64,000 nt of DNA, taken from assembly GCA_016182085.1 (NCBI GenBank), contig JACOYB010000007.1, positions 6,381-70,380 of the forward strand. Reading direction: 5' to 3'. Under the pieces are notes generated by a model. It was not told where the DNA came from, ran no database searches, and worked only from the letters and a program-made list of their open reading frames with translations. Position numbers and translations under genes: made by a program. Of the stretch, positions 1 to 9,292 are shown piece by piece. Position 1 is the first letter of the stretch; every line of letters starts with the position of its first letter. The stretch is from Candidatus Magasanikiibacteriota bacterium. Lineage in GTDB: Bacteria; Patescibacteriota; Patescibacteriia; Magasanikbacterales; GWA2-37-8.

Positions 1-11
1 AGCAGGAGACC

Positions 12-584
12 GTGACGGTCTATGCGTGTGGTGGTTGGCAGCAGCCCCAGATCGATCAGATCAAGGAGGCTATTGCCGACATCAACGCCAACGCTCGGTA
101 CGAGAACGAAAATCAGTTCTTCGCCTACGGTGGCGAAAAGCCCGGTCTCTACGGCAGCGGGGAAAATAACGGGGTCCGGTGTGTGTACTGGATCTACAGT
201 AATTATCCCACGCAAGCTGGCAGGGATATGTGGAACGGAGCGCGTTCCGCAAACGAAAGCGACTGGCTTGCCGGTGAGTATGACGGAGAGAATGTCTTCG
301 TCTATGGCAACGGCACTTGCCCTGTTGGCACCTCCTGTACGTGGATGATGCAGAACGTTGTGACCCACGAACTGGGACACGCGCTCGGCGCCGGACACCT
401 AGGAGATGACCAGGAAGGCGTACTGACTTCGCGCCCTAGTAGCGCGTACGTGACCGGAGCAGATGTGGAAGAAATCTGCGATCACGCAAGCTGTGACTCG
501 AACTACCACGGTGTGGCTGCAAAGCTCACCGAGGAAACCTACGACCGCCTCGCGGCTGTAGAATTCCACTGCCTGAACGAGTAG
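12..584 (+). CDS. Zinc metalloprotease, matrixin/M10-like (probably 5'-truncated by window edge)
   Basis: HELGHALGAGH matches HExxHxxGxxH; GC-richer than flanking genes. Confidence 0.7.
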   Translation: MTVYACGGWQQPQIDQIKEAIADINANARYENENQFFAYGGEKPGLYGSGENNGVRCVYWIYSNYPTQAGRDMWNGARSANESDWLAGEYDGENVFVYGNGTCPVGTSCTWMMQNVVTHELGHALGAGHLGDDQEGVLTSRPSSAYVTGADVEEICDHASCDSNYHGVAAKLTEETYDRLAAVEFHCLNE

Positions 585-642
585 TTCAATTTCTTCTAAT
601 GATGCGACTAGTCGTCTCCGACGATCAGCCGCTCAACCAGTT

Positions 643-668
643 AACGCACCGATTCCCATCGGTGCGTT
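643..668 (+). terminator. Intrinsic terminator-like hairpin
   Basis: AACGCACCGAT-TCCC-ATCGGTGCGTT followed by T-rich tract. Confidence 0.6.
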
Positions 669-747
669 CGTATTTTTATATTTAAATTCTTGCATATAGC
701 CTTTATTTTAAACTTGTGTTATAATCGCCTGTATAAATTTATTCTTT

Positions 748-1650
748 ATGCTCCCTTTAAAAATAAATAACGTCACCAAAATTTTTAAAAACCCCAAAGG
801 CCAGGAGTTCAAAGCCGTAGACGGTGTTTCTTTAGATATTGAGCCGGGGAAAATCTACGGTCTCTTGGGTCCAAACGGAGCGGGTAAGTCTACGCTTATT
901 AACATGATTGGCGGACTCTTGTTGCCAAACCAAGGAAGTATTGAATTGTTTGGTTTAGATGTGGCCAAAGAATCCAGTAAGACAAAACAACTTATCGGTG
1001 TTGTGCCGCAGGAAATCGTGATGGAAATGGCTTTTACCGTAGAAGAAGTTTTGTATTATTTTAGCGGCATGTATGGCGTGCCTAGAAGCGAACGCAAAGC
1101 CAGAATAAAAGCTGTGCTGGAAGACTTGGGGCTAGAAGATAAAACCCATGAACGCGCTCGTAATCTTTCGGGTGGTATGAAACGCAGGCTTATGGTTGCC
1201 AAAGCTATTTTACATCGTCCAAAACTCGTGATTCTAGATGAGCCGACCGCCGGAGTTGATGTAAGTTTGCGACAAAAAATTTGGAGTTTGGTGCAGCGCC
1301 TTAATGCTGAAGGCACGACTATTTTATTTACCACTCACTATTTGGAAGAAGCCGAACAATTATGCGAATCAATCGCGCTTATCAATCATGGCAAACTTAT
1401 CAAGAGCGGCCGGTTAAAAGATATTCAACAGGAATTTTCCAAAAATACTATTCATTTTGAATTGTTTGACCGAACTGCTGCGCCGCTGGCCGGAGTTTCG
1501 GAAGTGGGAGTGGAGTATGAATATCCGATTACCGCTGATTTGGCTACCGATATGGCCAAACTTACCAGCCATTACAATCATAATTTAAAATCAATCCGAT
1601 CCGAAGCGGCATCGCTGGAGCATATATTTTTGAAACTAACAAACCACTAA
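748..1650 (+). CDS. ABC-2 type transporter ATP-binding protein (YadG-like)
   Basis: Walker A GPNGAGKS, signature LSGGM, Walker B VILDEP, H-loop TTHY. Confidence 0.92.
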   Translation: MLPLKINNVTKIFKNPKGQEFKAVDGVSLDIEPGKIYGLLGPNGAGKSTLINMIGGLLLPNQGSIELFGLDVAKESSKTKQLIGVVPQEIVMEMAFTVEEVLYYFSGMYGVPRSERKARIKAVLEDLGLEDKTHERARNLSGGMKRRLMVAKAILHRPKLVILDEPTAGVDVSLRQKIWSLVQRLNAEGTTILFTTHYLEEAEQLCESIALINHGKLIKSGRLKDIQQEFSKNTIHFELFDRTAAPLAGVSEVGVEYEYPITADLATDMAKLTSHYNHNLKSIRSEAASLEHIFLKLTNH

Positions 1651-1740
1651 GTACTAAGTGCTAAGTTGGTAAGTGCTAGGTGTGGTAGAGCTTAGTACCT
1701 ACGAACTTAGCACTTAGTACTTACGCACTTAGCACCTAAC
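1648..1740. repeat. Inverted array of degenerate heptamer repeats
   Basis: TAAGTAC/TAAGTGC units on the left, CTTAGCA/CTTAGTA (reverse complement) on the right. Confidence 0.75.
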
Positions 1741-1752
1741 AAACAATTAAGT

Positions 1753-2508
1753 ATGCAAACAAACATGTGGGCGCTGTACGCCAGAGAAGTAAAACGGTTT
1801 CAAAAAATTTGGATTGATACGGTGTTTAATCCGATAGTTTCCATTGGTTTGTATTTGGGTGTATTTGGAATTGTGACTTCGGGCCGTGAAATCGGCTCTT
1901 TGCCATACTTAACATTTGTATACACAGGACTACTCGCCATGCTTATTGTAAACACCAGTTTTTCTAATCCATCATTTGCGCTTGTCATCGCCAGAAATTT
2001 GGGAAATATGATAGATATACAGCTTGCGCCAATTCCAGCCTGGAGAATCGGTGTGGCCTATGCTTTTGCGGCTCTTACTCGTGGGGTAACTACGGTGCTT
2101 ATCGCAGTTGTCGGTACGGTTTGGTTTATTCCGGCCATGGGAATTCCAGCGCATCCGCTGGCGCTTGTGGCGGCATTATTTTTAACGGGCCTTGAATTTG
2201 GCATGCTTGGCGTGGCGTTTGGTTTTTTGGCGAAAAATTTTGAAGCCTTAACATTTATGAATACGTTTGTGATGCAGCCAATGATATTTTTGGCCGGGGT
2301 GTTTTATCCGGTGGCTACGCTGCCTGCCCCTTGGAATACCGTAAGTCTGTTTAACCCGATTCATCACAATGTTAATTTTTTTCGCTATGCCATTACCGGT
2401 TACAGCGATGTAAATCCGTTATTTTCTTTTTTGGTTATTCTTGGTCTTTCGGCAGTGCTATTTGCAGTGATGCAATGGACAGTTGTGCGAAATATTAAAA
2501 TGAAATAA
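1753..2508 (+). CDS. ABC-2 type transporter permease (YadH-like)
   Basis: About 6 TM segments, REVKRF N-terminus, FLAGVFYP..LP motif, follows the ABC ATPase. Confidence 0.88.
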   Translation: MQTNMWALYAREVKRFQKIWIDTVFNPIVSIGLYLGVFGIVTSGREIGSLPYLTFVYTGLLAMLIVNTSFSNPSFALVIARNLGNMIDIQLAPIPAWRIGVAYAFAALTRGVTTVLIAVVGTVWFIPAMGIPAHPLALVAALFLTGLEFGMLGVAFGFLAKNFEALTFMNTFVMQPMIFLAGVFYPVATLPAPWNTVSLFNPIHHNVNFFRYAITGYSDVNPLFSFLVILGLSAVLFAVMQWTVVRNIKMK

Positions 2509-2586
2509 GCCCCCTTGTTGCATTTTTCTGGTAGTGTGCTATCATTATATCTAGCAATTTAACTATTTAATTCATAAACAAAGTCT

Positions 2587-2841
2587 ATGCCAAAAGCAAA
2601 TGCGGCTTTCATGAAGCCGATGACTATCAGCGCAGAACTCGCTGTAGTAGTGGGAAAAGGTCCAATGCCACGCTCTGAAGTGGTTAAAAAACTCTGGGCT
2701 TATATTAAAGAAAAGGGTCTTCAGGATGAAAAAAATAAACGCGATATCAATGCTGACGAAGCCTTGAAAGTAGTGTTTGGTGGAAAAGCCAAGGTAAACA
2801 TGTTTGAAATGACTAAACTCGTTTCCAAACACCTTTCCTAA
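2587..2841 (+). CDS. SWIB/MDM2 domain protein
   Basis: PRSEVVKKLWAYIKEKGLQD..NKRDINADE.L...MFEMTKLVSKHL is the SWIB signature. Confidence 0.92.
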   Translation: MPKANAAFMKPMTISAELAVVVGKGPMPRSEVVKKLWAYIKEKGLQDEKNKRDINADEALKVVFGGKAKVNMFEMTKLVSKHLS

Positions 2842-2861
2842 TCAACTTCTAAACTCTTAGT

Positions 2862-2889
2862 AAAAAGCATGCCGATTGGCGTGCTTTTT
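2862..2889 (+). terminator. Intrinsic terminator
   Basis: AAAAAGCATGCC-GATT-GGCGTGCTTTTT. Confidence 0.75.
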
Positions 2890-2900
2890 ATGTTCTAGGG

Positions 2901-2929
2901 TTGACAAAGGACTGTTTTTGTGTTATACT
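2901..2929 (+). promoter_or_regulatory. Sigma70 promoter for the DEAD-box helicase
   Basis: TTGACA-17bp-TATACT with extended TG. Confidence 0.75.
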
Positions 2930-3033
2930 AATTTTTCATTAAATAAGGCTGGCTGTTTGGCTAGCCACGGACTCGGATCTCTTTATGTGTCATTATGTGG
3001 CCTATAAGTTAATCGGGTCACTAACATCAATAT

Positions 3034-4296
3034 ATGATGACACACAACACACCAGCGCCAGGTCGTTTTAGCGATCTTGGCATTGCCCCAAAACTTCTTG
3101 ATAACTTGGATCGGTTGAAGTTTTTTGTACCTACACCGATCCAGCATCAGTGTATTCCTCAGGCTTTGCAAGGCAAAGATATCGTTGGCATTGCCCAAAC
3201 CGGCACTGGGAAAACCATGGCTTTTGGCATACCTATGATTCAAATTTTATCCCAAATGACAGGTCCTGGTCAGGGTTTAATTTTGCTTCCTACTCGCGAA
3301 CTTGCTTTGCAGGTTGATCAGGTGCTGCAAACTATTGGACGACCATTAGGCCTTCGCACCGCTGTACTTATTGGCGGCGCTTCGGCTTATCAGCAAAGAC
3401 AGATGCTTGCTCGCGGCCCACATGTTATAGTTTCTACTCCGGGTAGATTAATGGATCATATTGATCAAAGAAATCTTACATTAAATAGAATGAAAATTGT
3501 CGTGCTTGACGAAGCTGATCGCATGTTTGATATTGGGTTCATGCCGCAGATCAAAAAAATATTATCTTTAGTGCCAACGGATCGTCAGACACTTATGTTT
3601 TCGGCTACGATGCCAAAAGCGATCGCCGAAATTGCCAGCCGCTACATGAAAATTCCGCTTCGCATAGAAGTAGCTCCGGCCGGCACTTCTTCCAAAAATG
3701 TGGAACAAGAAATGTTTATTATAAACAAAGATGCCAAGAATCAGCTCTTGGATAAAATTTTATCCGATAATACCGGTTCGGTTTTGATTTTTTCTCGCAC
3801 CAAACATGGCGCCAAAAGAATCACCATGAACGTGCGCGGTATGGGCCACACCGCCGCCGAAATCCATTCCAATCGATCTTTGGCTCAGCGCAAAGACGCT
3901 TTGGAAGGATTTAAGAGGGGAAAATACCGAGTGCTTGTGGCAACCGATATTGCTTCCCGCGGTATAGATGTGACCGGTATTTCTTTGGTAATCAATTACG
4001 ATTTGCCGGATAACTCCGAAGATTATGTGCACCGTATTGGCCGCACCGGCAGGGCTGAAAGTTTTGGCAGGGCGATATCTTTTGCTTCTCCGGATGAACG
4101 CGGCGATATCAGGCAGATTGAAAGGCTTATTAAAAAAACAATCCCGATTATGGCTTTGCCGGTTCTGCCTCCTCGCCGAGCCAACACCGCGCCTAGCTTC
4201 TTCAAAGAACACGAAAATCAGCGCCGCGGTAATTTTCCGCCAAGACGACCGCATGGCGGTAGCGGTGGGAATAGAAATTTCCGCAGACGTTATTAA
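3034..4296 (+). CDS. DEAD-box RNA helicase (RhlE-like)
   Basis: Q motif, AQTGTGKT, PTRELA, DEAD, SAT, HRIGRTGR; basic C-terminal tail. Confidence 0.95.
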   Translation: MMTHNTPAPGRFSDLGIAPKLLDNLDRLKFFVPTPIQHQCIPQALQGKDIVGIAQTGTGKTMAFGIPMIQILSQMTGPGQGLILLPTRELALQVDQVLQTIGRPLGLRTAVLIGGASAYQQRQMLARGPHVIVSTPGRLMDHIDQRNLTLNRMKIVVLDEADRMFDIGFMPQIKKILSLVPTDRQTLMFSATMPKAIAEIASRYMKIPLRIEVAPAGTSSKNVEQEMFIINKDAKNQLLDKILSDNTGSVLIFSRTKHGAKRITMNVRGMGHTAAEIHSNRSLAQRKDALEGFKRGKYRVLVATDIASRGIDVTGISLVINYDLPDNSEDYVHRIGRTGRAESFGRAISFASPDERGDIRQIERLIKKTIPIMALPVLPPRRANTAPSFFKEHENQRRGNFPPRRPHGGSGGNRNFRRRY

Positions 4297-4391
4297 TAAA
4301 TAAAAAAGTAACTGCTCGTAAGGGTAGTTATTTTTTTATTGTCGCAGGCTGATTTTTAGAGTACTATTAGTATTATTATATTTTTTTATCT

Positions 4392-4928
4392 ATGCAACAA
4401 ATAGAATCAATAATCTTAGGCGGTGGCTGTTTTTGGTGTTTGGAAGCAGCTTATTCTCATACCAAAGGCGTAGTATCGGCAGTTTCGGGATATGCTGGCG
4501 GCATGACCGTAAATCCATCTTATGAACAAGTGTGCGGCGGTAGTACCGGACACGCGGAAGTGGTAAAGATTACTTATAATCCCGAACAAATAACTCTGGA
4601 AGATATTTTGCATATTTTTTTCTTAATTCATGATCCTACGACATTAAATCGTCAGGGACACGATGTTGGCACGCAGTATCGTTCGGTAATTTTTTATGAA
4701 AACGAAAAACAAAAACAAGCGGCCGAAAATATTATAAAAGAATTAACTAAAGAAAAAGTATATAATGATCCGTTTGTAACCGAAGTCTTGCCGCTAGAGA
4801 AGTTTTATGAAGCGGAAAATTATCATCAGCATTATTTTCAAAAGAATCCGGATCAGGCATACTGCCAGGCAGTCATCGCTCCAAAACTGGCAAAGTTTAG
4901 ACAAAAGTATTCTAACTTTTACAACTAA
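4392..4928 (+). CDS. msrA: Peptide methionine sulfoxide reductase A
   Basis: GGGCFWC, GHAEVV, RQG.DVGTQYRS, AE.YHQ.Y. Confidence 0.96.
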   Translation: MQQIESIILGGGCFWCLEAAYSHTKGVVSAVSGYAGGMTVNPSYEQVCGGSTGHAEVVKITYNPEQITLEDILHIFFLIHDPTTLNRQGHDVGTQYRSVIFYENEKQKQAAENIIKELTKEKVYNDPFVTEVLPLEKFYEAENYHQHYFQKNPDQAYCQAVIAPKLAKFRQKYSNFYN

Positions 4929-4998
4929 TTTATCTTCTTTATATATTTGACATAAATTACAGGACAGTTTACCTTATATTATAAGGGGGGACAAGTCC

Positions 4999-5916
4999 AT
5001 GCACATTCGTATTCTTGCAGGGCTTCTGCTGGTAGTGTGGTACGCGACTTCGGCAATGGCCGATGAGCCAAAGCAGGAGCGCGCGCCGCCGGAGCTGGTT
5101 GAGCCAGCGCCACACCACGATCTGTTGTGTGGGATCTATACCCGTTTGGAGTTGCTGACCGGCTTTTCGCACAGCAATACCAAGGGTGACAATAGACTCG
5201 CCTTTCGTGCCAGAGCTTGGGGGTTTGAGTGCGGTTATCAGCACGGTAATTGGAAGGTGAAGTTTTCCGAGGGTCTTCGGAGCGAAGACTACAAGTTGTC
5301 TCACTGGGATTACAGATGGATGGGGAATTTGTCTGTAGCCGCCCAGGGGTTTGAGACCTTGATCGGAGTGGGCAGGGACCTCGGAAATTGGAACCTGAAC
5401 CTCAGCAATTGGTGCCTGTTTCACCGTTGCCTGGGCGATTGGCGCCTTGGCAAAGGGAGTGTTTGGGCAGAGATTGTGAGGCAGGAGGTTGATGTAGACA
5501 CATGGCGAGTGGATTGGTTGGGATTTGCTACCCGACATAGCTTTTCTGACTTTTCCGGATTCGCCAATGATCATGTCGACCTGGGTGTTTACTTGAAATC
5601 CTGGAAGTTCAGGGTCAAGGGCGAGCTGGAAGTGAACCGGAACCTTCATCTGGGTTTGGGGTTTGAATGGGGGATTCTGCGGCCTGGCGGCAATATCATT
5701 CCTGATGATGTTGCAGAGCTGGCTTTGAAGCATAACTTCATTGACTCTGAGCGAATTCTGCAAAAGCTGCGAGAGAATATTCATCTTGTTGGGGCTACGC
5801 CGGAAGCGCGGGTTGGGGGAGAAAGATGGAGTCTCTCAACAAGGGTTCTCTGGGGTAAGTTTGGCCAAGAGGATTGGGTCTGGGGGGCAGATCTAACCGT
5901 GAAGCTTAGCTTCTAA
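4999..5916 (+). CDS. Secreted hypothetical protein with outer-membrane beta-barrel-like features
   Basis: Signal peptide (AMA|DE), Trp-rich amphipathic strands, C-terminal DLTVKLSF; SD AAGGGGG. Confidence 0.55.
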   Translation: MHIRILAGLLLVVWYATSAMADEPKQERAPPELVEPAPHHDLLCGIYTRLELLTGFSHSNTKGDNRLAFRARAWGFECGYQHGNWKVKFSEGLRSEDYKLSHWDYRWMGNLSVAAQGFETLIGVGRDLGNWNLNLSNWCLFHRCLGDWRLGKGSVWAEIVRQEVDVDTWRVDWLGFATRHSFSDFSGFANDHVDLGVYLKSWKFRVKGELEVNRNLHLGLGFEWGILRPGGNIIPDDVAELALKHNFIDSERILQKLRENIHLVGATPEARVGGERWSLSTRVLWGKFGQEDWVWGADLTVKLSF

Positions 5917-6100
5917 GGTCGTTCGCAACGGGGGTTTAAAGAATAGAAAAGATTAAAGGTTGTGGTCGTCGGTACATTATGAGTCGTTTTTCGCTCTGCG
6001 GAACCGACTCGTTAGTTTTTTTAAGCGAATTTCAAATTTTGAAAATAATCTAAGCGTGATATAATATCATGTAGTTTATTTACATGACCGACAGTGTCGT

Positions 6101-6643
6101 ATGGATTTAACATTAATTCTGGGGCCAATGAAGAGTGGAAAATCTTTTGATTTGATAAGCTATTTTGCGCCGCTAAAATATACCGATATTCCCCATATTT
6201 TGTATCAATCAGCACGTAATGTCCGTGATGAGCATATTTCTTCCAGAAACGGAGTAATAATAGAAGCCAAAAAAGTTAATACCTTGGCCGATACTTTGGA
6301 TCAAGATTTTGCTGTTGTGGGTGTGGACGAAATTCATATGTTTGATCCAAAAGACGTGGCCGTAGTAGCGGAGTTATTAAATAGGGGCGTAAAAGTGGTA
6401 GCTGCCGGCTTGGATATAGATTACAAAGGCAACATGTTTGATATTGTAAAAGGTTTGCTAGAACTTGGCCCGAAAGAAGTTAAATATAAACGCGCTGTTT
6501 GCGAACTTTGTCGTCAGCCGGTCGCAGTTTACTCGCAAGTTTTTAATAAAGGCGTGCCTTTAACCGGTGGTATGCCGCCGGTTATACCGGACGATGGCAC
6601 CTTTACCTACCAGCCGGTTTGTAGAAATTGTTTTGTAACATAA
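6101..6643 (+). CDS. tdk: Thymidine kinase
   Basis: GPMKSGKS, DEIHMF, AGLD.DY, CxxC...Y.PVCRNC zinc site. Confidence 0.9.
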   Translation: MDLTLILGPMKSGKSFDLISYFAPLKYTDIPHILYQSARNVRDEHISSRNGVIIEAKKVNTLADTLDQDFAVVGVDEIHMFDPKDVAVVAELLNRGVKVVAAGLDIDYKGNMFDIVKGLLELGPKEVKYKRAVCELCRQPVAVYSQVFNKGVPLTGGMPPVIPDDGTFTYQPVCRNCFVT

Positions 6644-6705
6644 TACTTAGTACTTATTAAAATTTTCCACAGTGTTGTTTGGTGTGAATTGTGATACACT
6701 AATTA

Positions 6706-6776
6706 TGTCATCTTGATCCCGAGTGCTCGGGATTTTAGCATCTATCATGAGATGCTAAAACGAGTTCAGCATGACA
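6706..6776. repeat. REP-like palindromic element (TGTCAT...ATGACA family)
   Basis: TGTCATCTTGA...GTTCAGCATGACA with nested TCCCGAGTGCTCGGGA. Confidence 0.75.
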
Positions 6777-6842
6777 GCAGAAGTTTAAATAAATTTTGAA
6801 ATTGCCTTAACCTCGTTGAGGTGAATTTCCTTTGGAAATTCT

Positions 6843-8816
6843 ATGGTTTCAGGCAGGTGTAAATGGCAGTTGTTAATATTTTTAATAGGGCTTTTTTTAG
6901 CAAAGCCTGTTTTTGCGTCCACGACAGATGGCACAATTAGTACCGGCAATGCTTGGAGCGCAAACATTGGCTGGATAAAGTTTGCGGCCACAAATGGCAA
7001 TGTACATGTTACGGATGCTGGCTTGACTGGGCATGCTTGGAGCGACCTATACGGATGGATAAAATTAAACCCAACAACCAGTGGTGTGACTAATAATGGC
7101 GAAGGAGTTTTGTCCGGAAGCGCTTGGGGGGCAAATATTGGCTGGATAAATTTTTCCGGAGTGACTATAAATTCTAATGGTGTATTTACGGGCACAGCCA
7201 CAGGCGATAATACGGGCGCCATAAATTTTAGCTGCGCTAACTGTTTGGTGCAGACCGATTGGCGTCCGGCAAGTGCCAGAAACACCGGTCAAACAAACGG
7301 AGGCACGGCCTTTCCAGTTTCCGGCAGTTCCGGAGGAGGATCTATCCCAAGTACGACCGTTGCCACTACCACTTTGCCAACTTCTACAATTACTTTTCCC
7401 GCTACCACAACCCCTGTAGTTATCAAACCGATCGCGCCAACAGTCAGAGAGGTAATTGAAAAAGTTAAAGAAGTGATTAAGCCGATTATTACCAAAATAT
7501 TTCCTGTTGAAAAGTTAGTGCCGCCGCTTGCCAAATTATATTCCGAAGCAAAACTTTGGCTGCCAAAATGGTTTAGACCGCCAGCTATAGATAATACTAT
7601 TCCCATTGAGCGGTTTGTGGCAAAAAATACGCCTTTTGTATTTAAAACACCATCTATTTTTCTTACACCTAGCGTAAATAGATTTGTTTTCGCGCCACTT
7701 CCAAAAGAATTTCTGGCTTTAGAGAACAAATTCCCGCAAGTACATAATATTTTACAGCAAGTCGGGGTAAAACGTTTTACCGATATAGAAAAAGTAAAAA
7801 CCGCGCAATTATATTTGCCCGGGCTAACTCGCACGGTCGCTTTTGATAATCCAAAAATAAAAACCAGTGAATTTGGCGTAGAGAAGGCGATTCCCGTTGG
7901 CAATTTATCTGATAATACCAAAGACAAGCTTCCCGCCAATATAGTTTTCGCGCGCACGGCCGGCCAGCTGGTAGATTTTAAAATAGCTTTGTCTTTGACG
8001 TCCAAAGGACGGCCGGAACAAAAAATTTCCACGGTTTCCGGCAAGCCATTACAACTGGTAATGAAGCCGGATTTTCCCGCAAAAAGCATCAAAGGCTATT
8101 TGGTATTTAGATCGCAAAAACCGCAAGTCAGAGCCGAGATGCCGCTTGCCGGTTTAGTAAATTCGTTATTATTTGCGGAGCCGGTTTTTGCTCACGACCA
8201 AGTTCAGCCGGTACCGGTAGAAGAAAAATTGGTTTTGTTAGAGTTTGATTATACGGACCCAGATGGCGACGGAGTTTATACCGCCGACATTCAATCGCCA
8301 GTCCCGGCCGGAGAATACGAAATTATTACGGTCATTGAATATCAGGATCCGGAATTGGGCACAAAACAAATTCGGCTTATTACGGTGATAGATCCCGAAG
8401 GGTATGTATATGAAAAAATCGGTGATAAAGAGTTAAGAATTCCAAACGCTAAGGTAACAATTTATAATTTAAATACGGAAAGTAATTCGTACGAGGAGTG
8501 GCCGGCTAAAGATTTCCAACAGGAAAATCCGCAGACTACCGGATTAAGCGGCAGCTATTCTTTCTTGGTGCCGGGCGGCATGTATTATATACAGGCGGAA
8601 GCAAGCGGCTATAAAGAATACAAGAGCGAACCGTTTTCGGTAGATAATGGCGGGGGAGTGCATATGAATATTGAGCTCAAATCAAAATATTGGTGGCTGA
8701 AAGTTTTAGATTGGAAAACAACCATGCTATTTATCGTGATAATGTTGTTATTATTTAATTTTTACAGGGATTACCGAAGAAACAAAAAACAAATTAATAA
8801 TTTAATCAATAAATAA
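6843..8816 (+). CDS. Membrane-anchored surface protein (AWSxNIGWI repeats, carboxypeptidase-regulatory-like domain)
   Basis: Signal peptide, three AW(S/G)xxxGWI repeats, Thr-rich linker, DPEGYVYE...NPQTT..G.YSFLVP, C-terminal TM. Confidence 0.7.
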   Translation: MVSGRCKWQLLIFLIGLFLAKPVFASTTDGTISTGNAWSANIGWIKFAATNGNVHVTDAGLTGHAWSDLYGWIKLNPTTSGVTNNGEGVLSGSAWGANIGWINFSGVTINSNGVFTGTATGDNTGAINFSCANCLVQTDWRPASARNTGQTNGGTAFPVSGSSGGGSIPSTTVATTTLPTSTITFPATTTPVVIKPIAPTVREVIEKVKEVIKPIITKIFPVEKLVPPLAKLYSEAKLWLPKWFRPPAIDNTIPIERFVAKNTPFVFKTPSIFLTPSVNRFVFAPLPKEFLALENKFPQVHNILQQVGVKRFTDIEKVKTAQLYLPGLTRTVAFDNPKIKTSEFGVEKAIPVGNLSDNTKDKLPANIVFARTAGQLVDFKIALSLTSKGRPEQKISTVSGKPLQLVMKPDFPAKSIKGYLVFRSQKPQVRAEMPLAGLVNSLLFAEPVFAHDQVQPVPVEEKLVLLEFDYTDPDGDGVYTADIQSPVPAGEYEIITVIEYQDPELGTKQIRLITVIDPEGYVYEKIGDKELRIPNAKVTIYNLNTESNSYEEWPAKDFQQENPQTTGLSGSYSFLVPGGMYYIQAEASGYKEYKSEPFSVDNGGGVHMNIELKSKYWWLKVLDWKTTMLFIVIMLLLFNFYRDYRRNKKQINNLINK

Positions 8817-8856
8817 ATTAAAAACATTTAATTTATTTCTCTCACTCATTTCAATT

Positions 8857-9234
8857 ATGAAATCAAAAGCGTTTTGGGTTGTAATTTTTTTGGTATTGTT
8901 TGGGACAAATGTTTTGTTTGCTAGCTTGTATTTGCAGGCAAAAAAAGAACTGGAAGGCACGAAGGTGATTTTGTCTTCGCAGCAGTACCGCTCCAAGTAT
9001 ATGGATTTTCTGAAAATGTTTATTAAATTGGTAATAAAATCCGATAAAGAAGTTGATTTTGAAACTAGATTGAAACTTGAAAATGCGGTTAGGGGGCTAA
9101 AAGAAGAATATAACGATCCGGAAATTTTGGCGCAGTGGCAAAAATTTGTAAATAGCGGCAATGAAGCCGAGGCGCAAGCCAATGTAAAAGAGCTGTTGGG
9201 CATGCTGGTGGATAAGGTGTACGCGTTAAAATAA
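8857..9234 (+). CDS. Hypothetical protein with N-terminal TM helix
   Basis: In operon orientation, single hydrophobic N-terminal segment. Confidence 0.65.
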   Translation: MKSKAFWVVIFLVLFGTNVLFASLYLQAKKELEGTKVILSSQQYRSKYMDFLKMFIKLVIKSDKEVDFETRLKLENAVRGLKEEYNDPEILAQWQKFVNSGNEAEAQANVKELLGMLVDKVYALK

Positions 9235-9292
9235 AAATAGGGGACAAGTTTTGAAAAAGCAGGCAATTTAGGGTATAGTATCAGGAGTGTTT

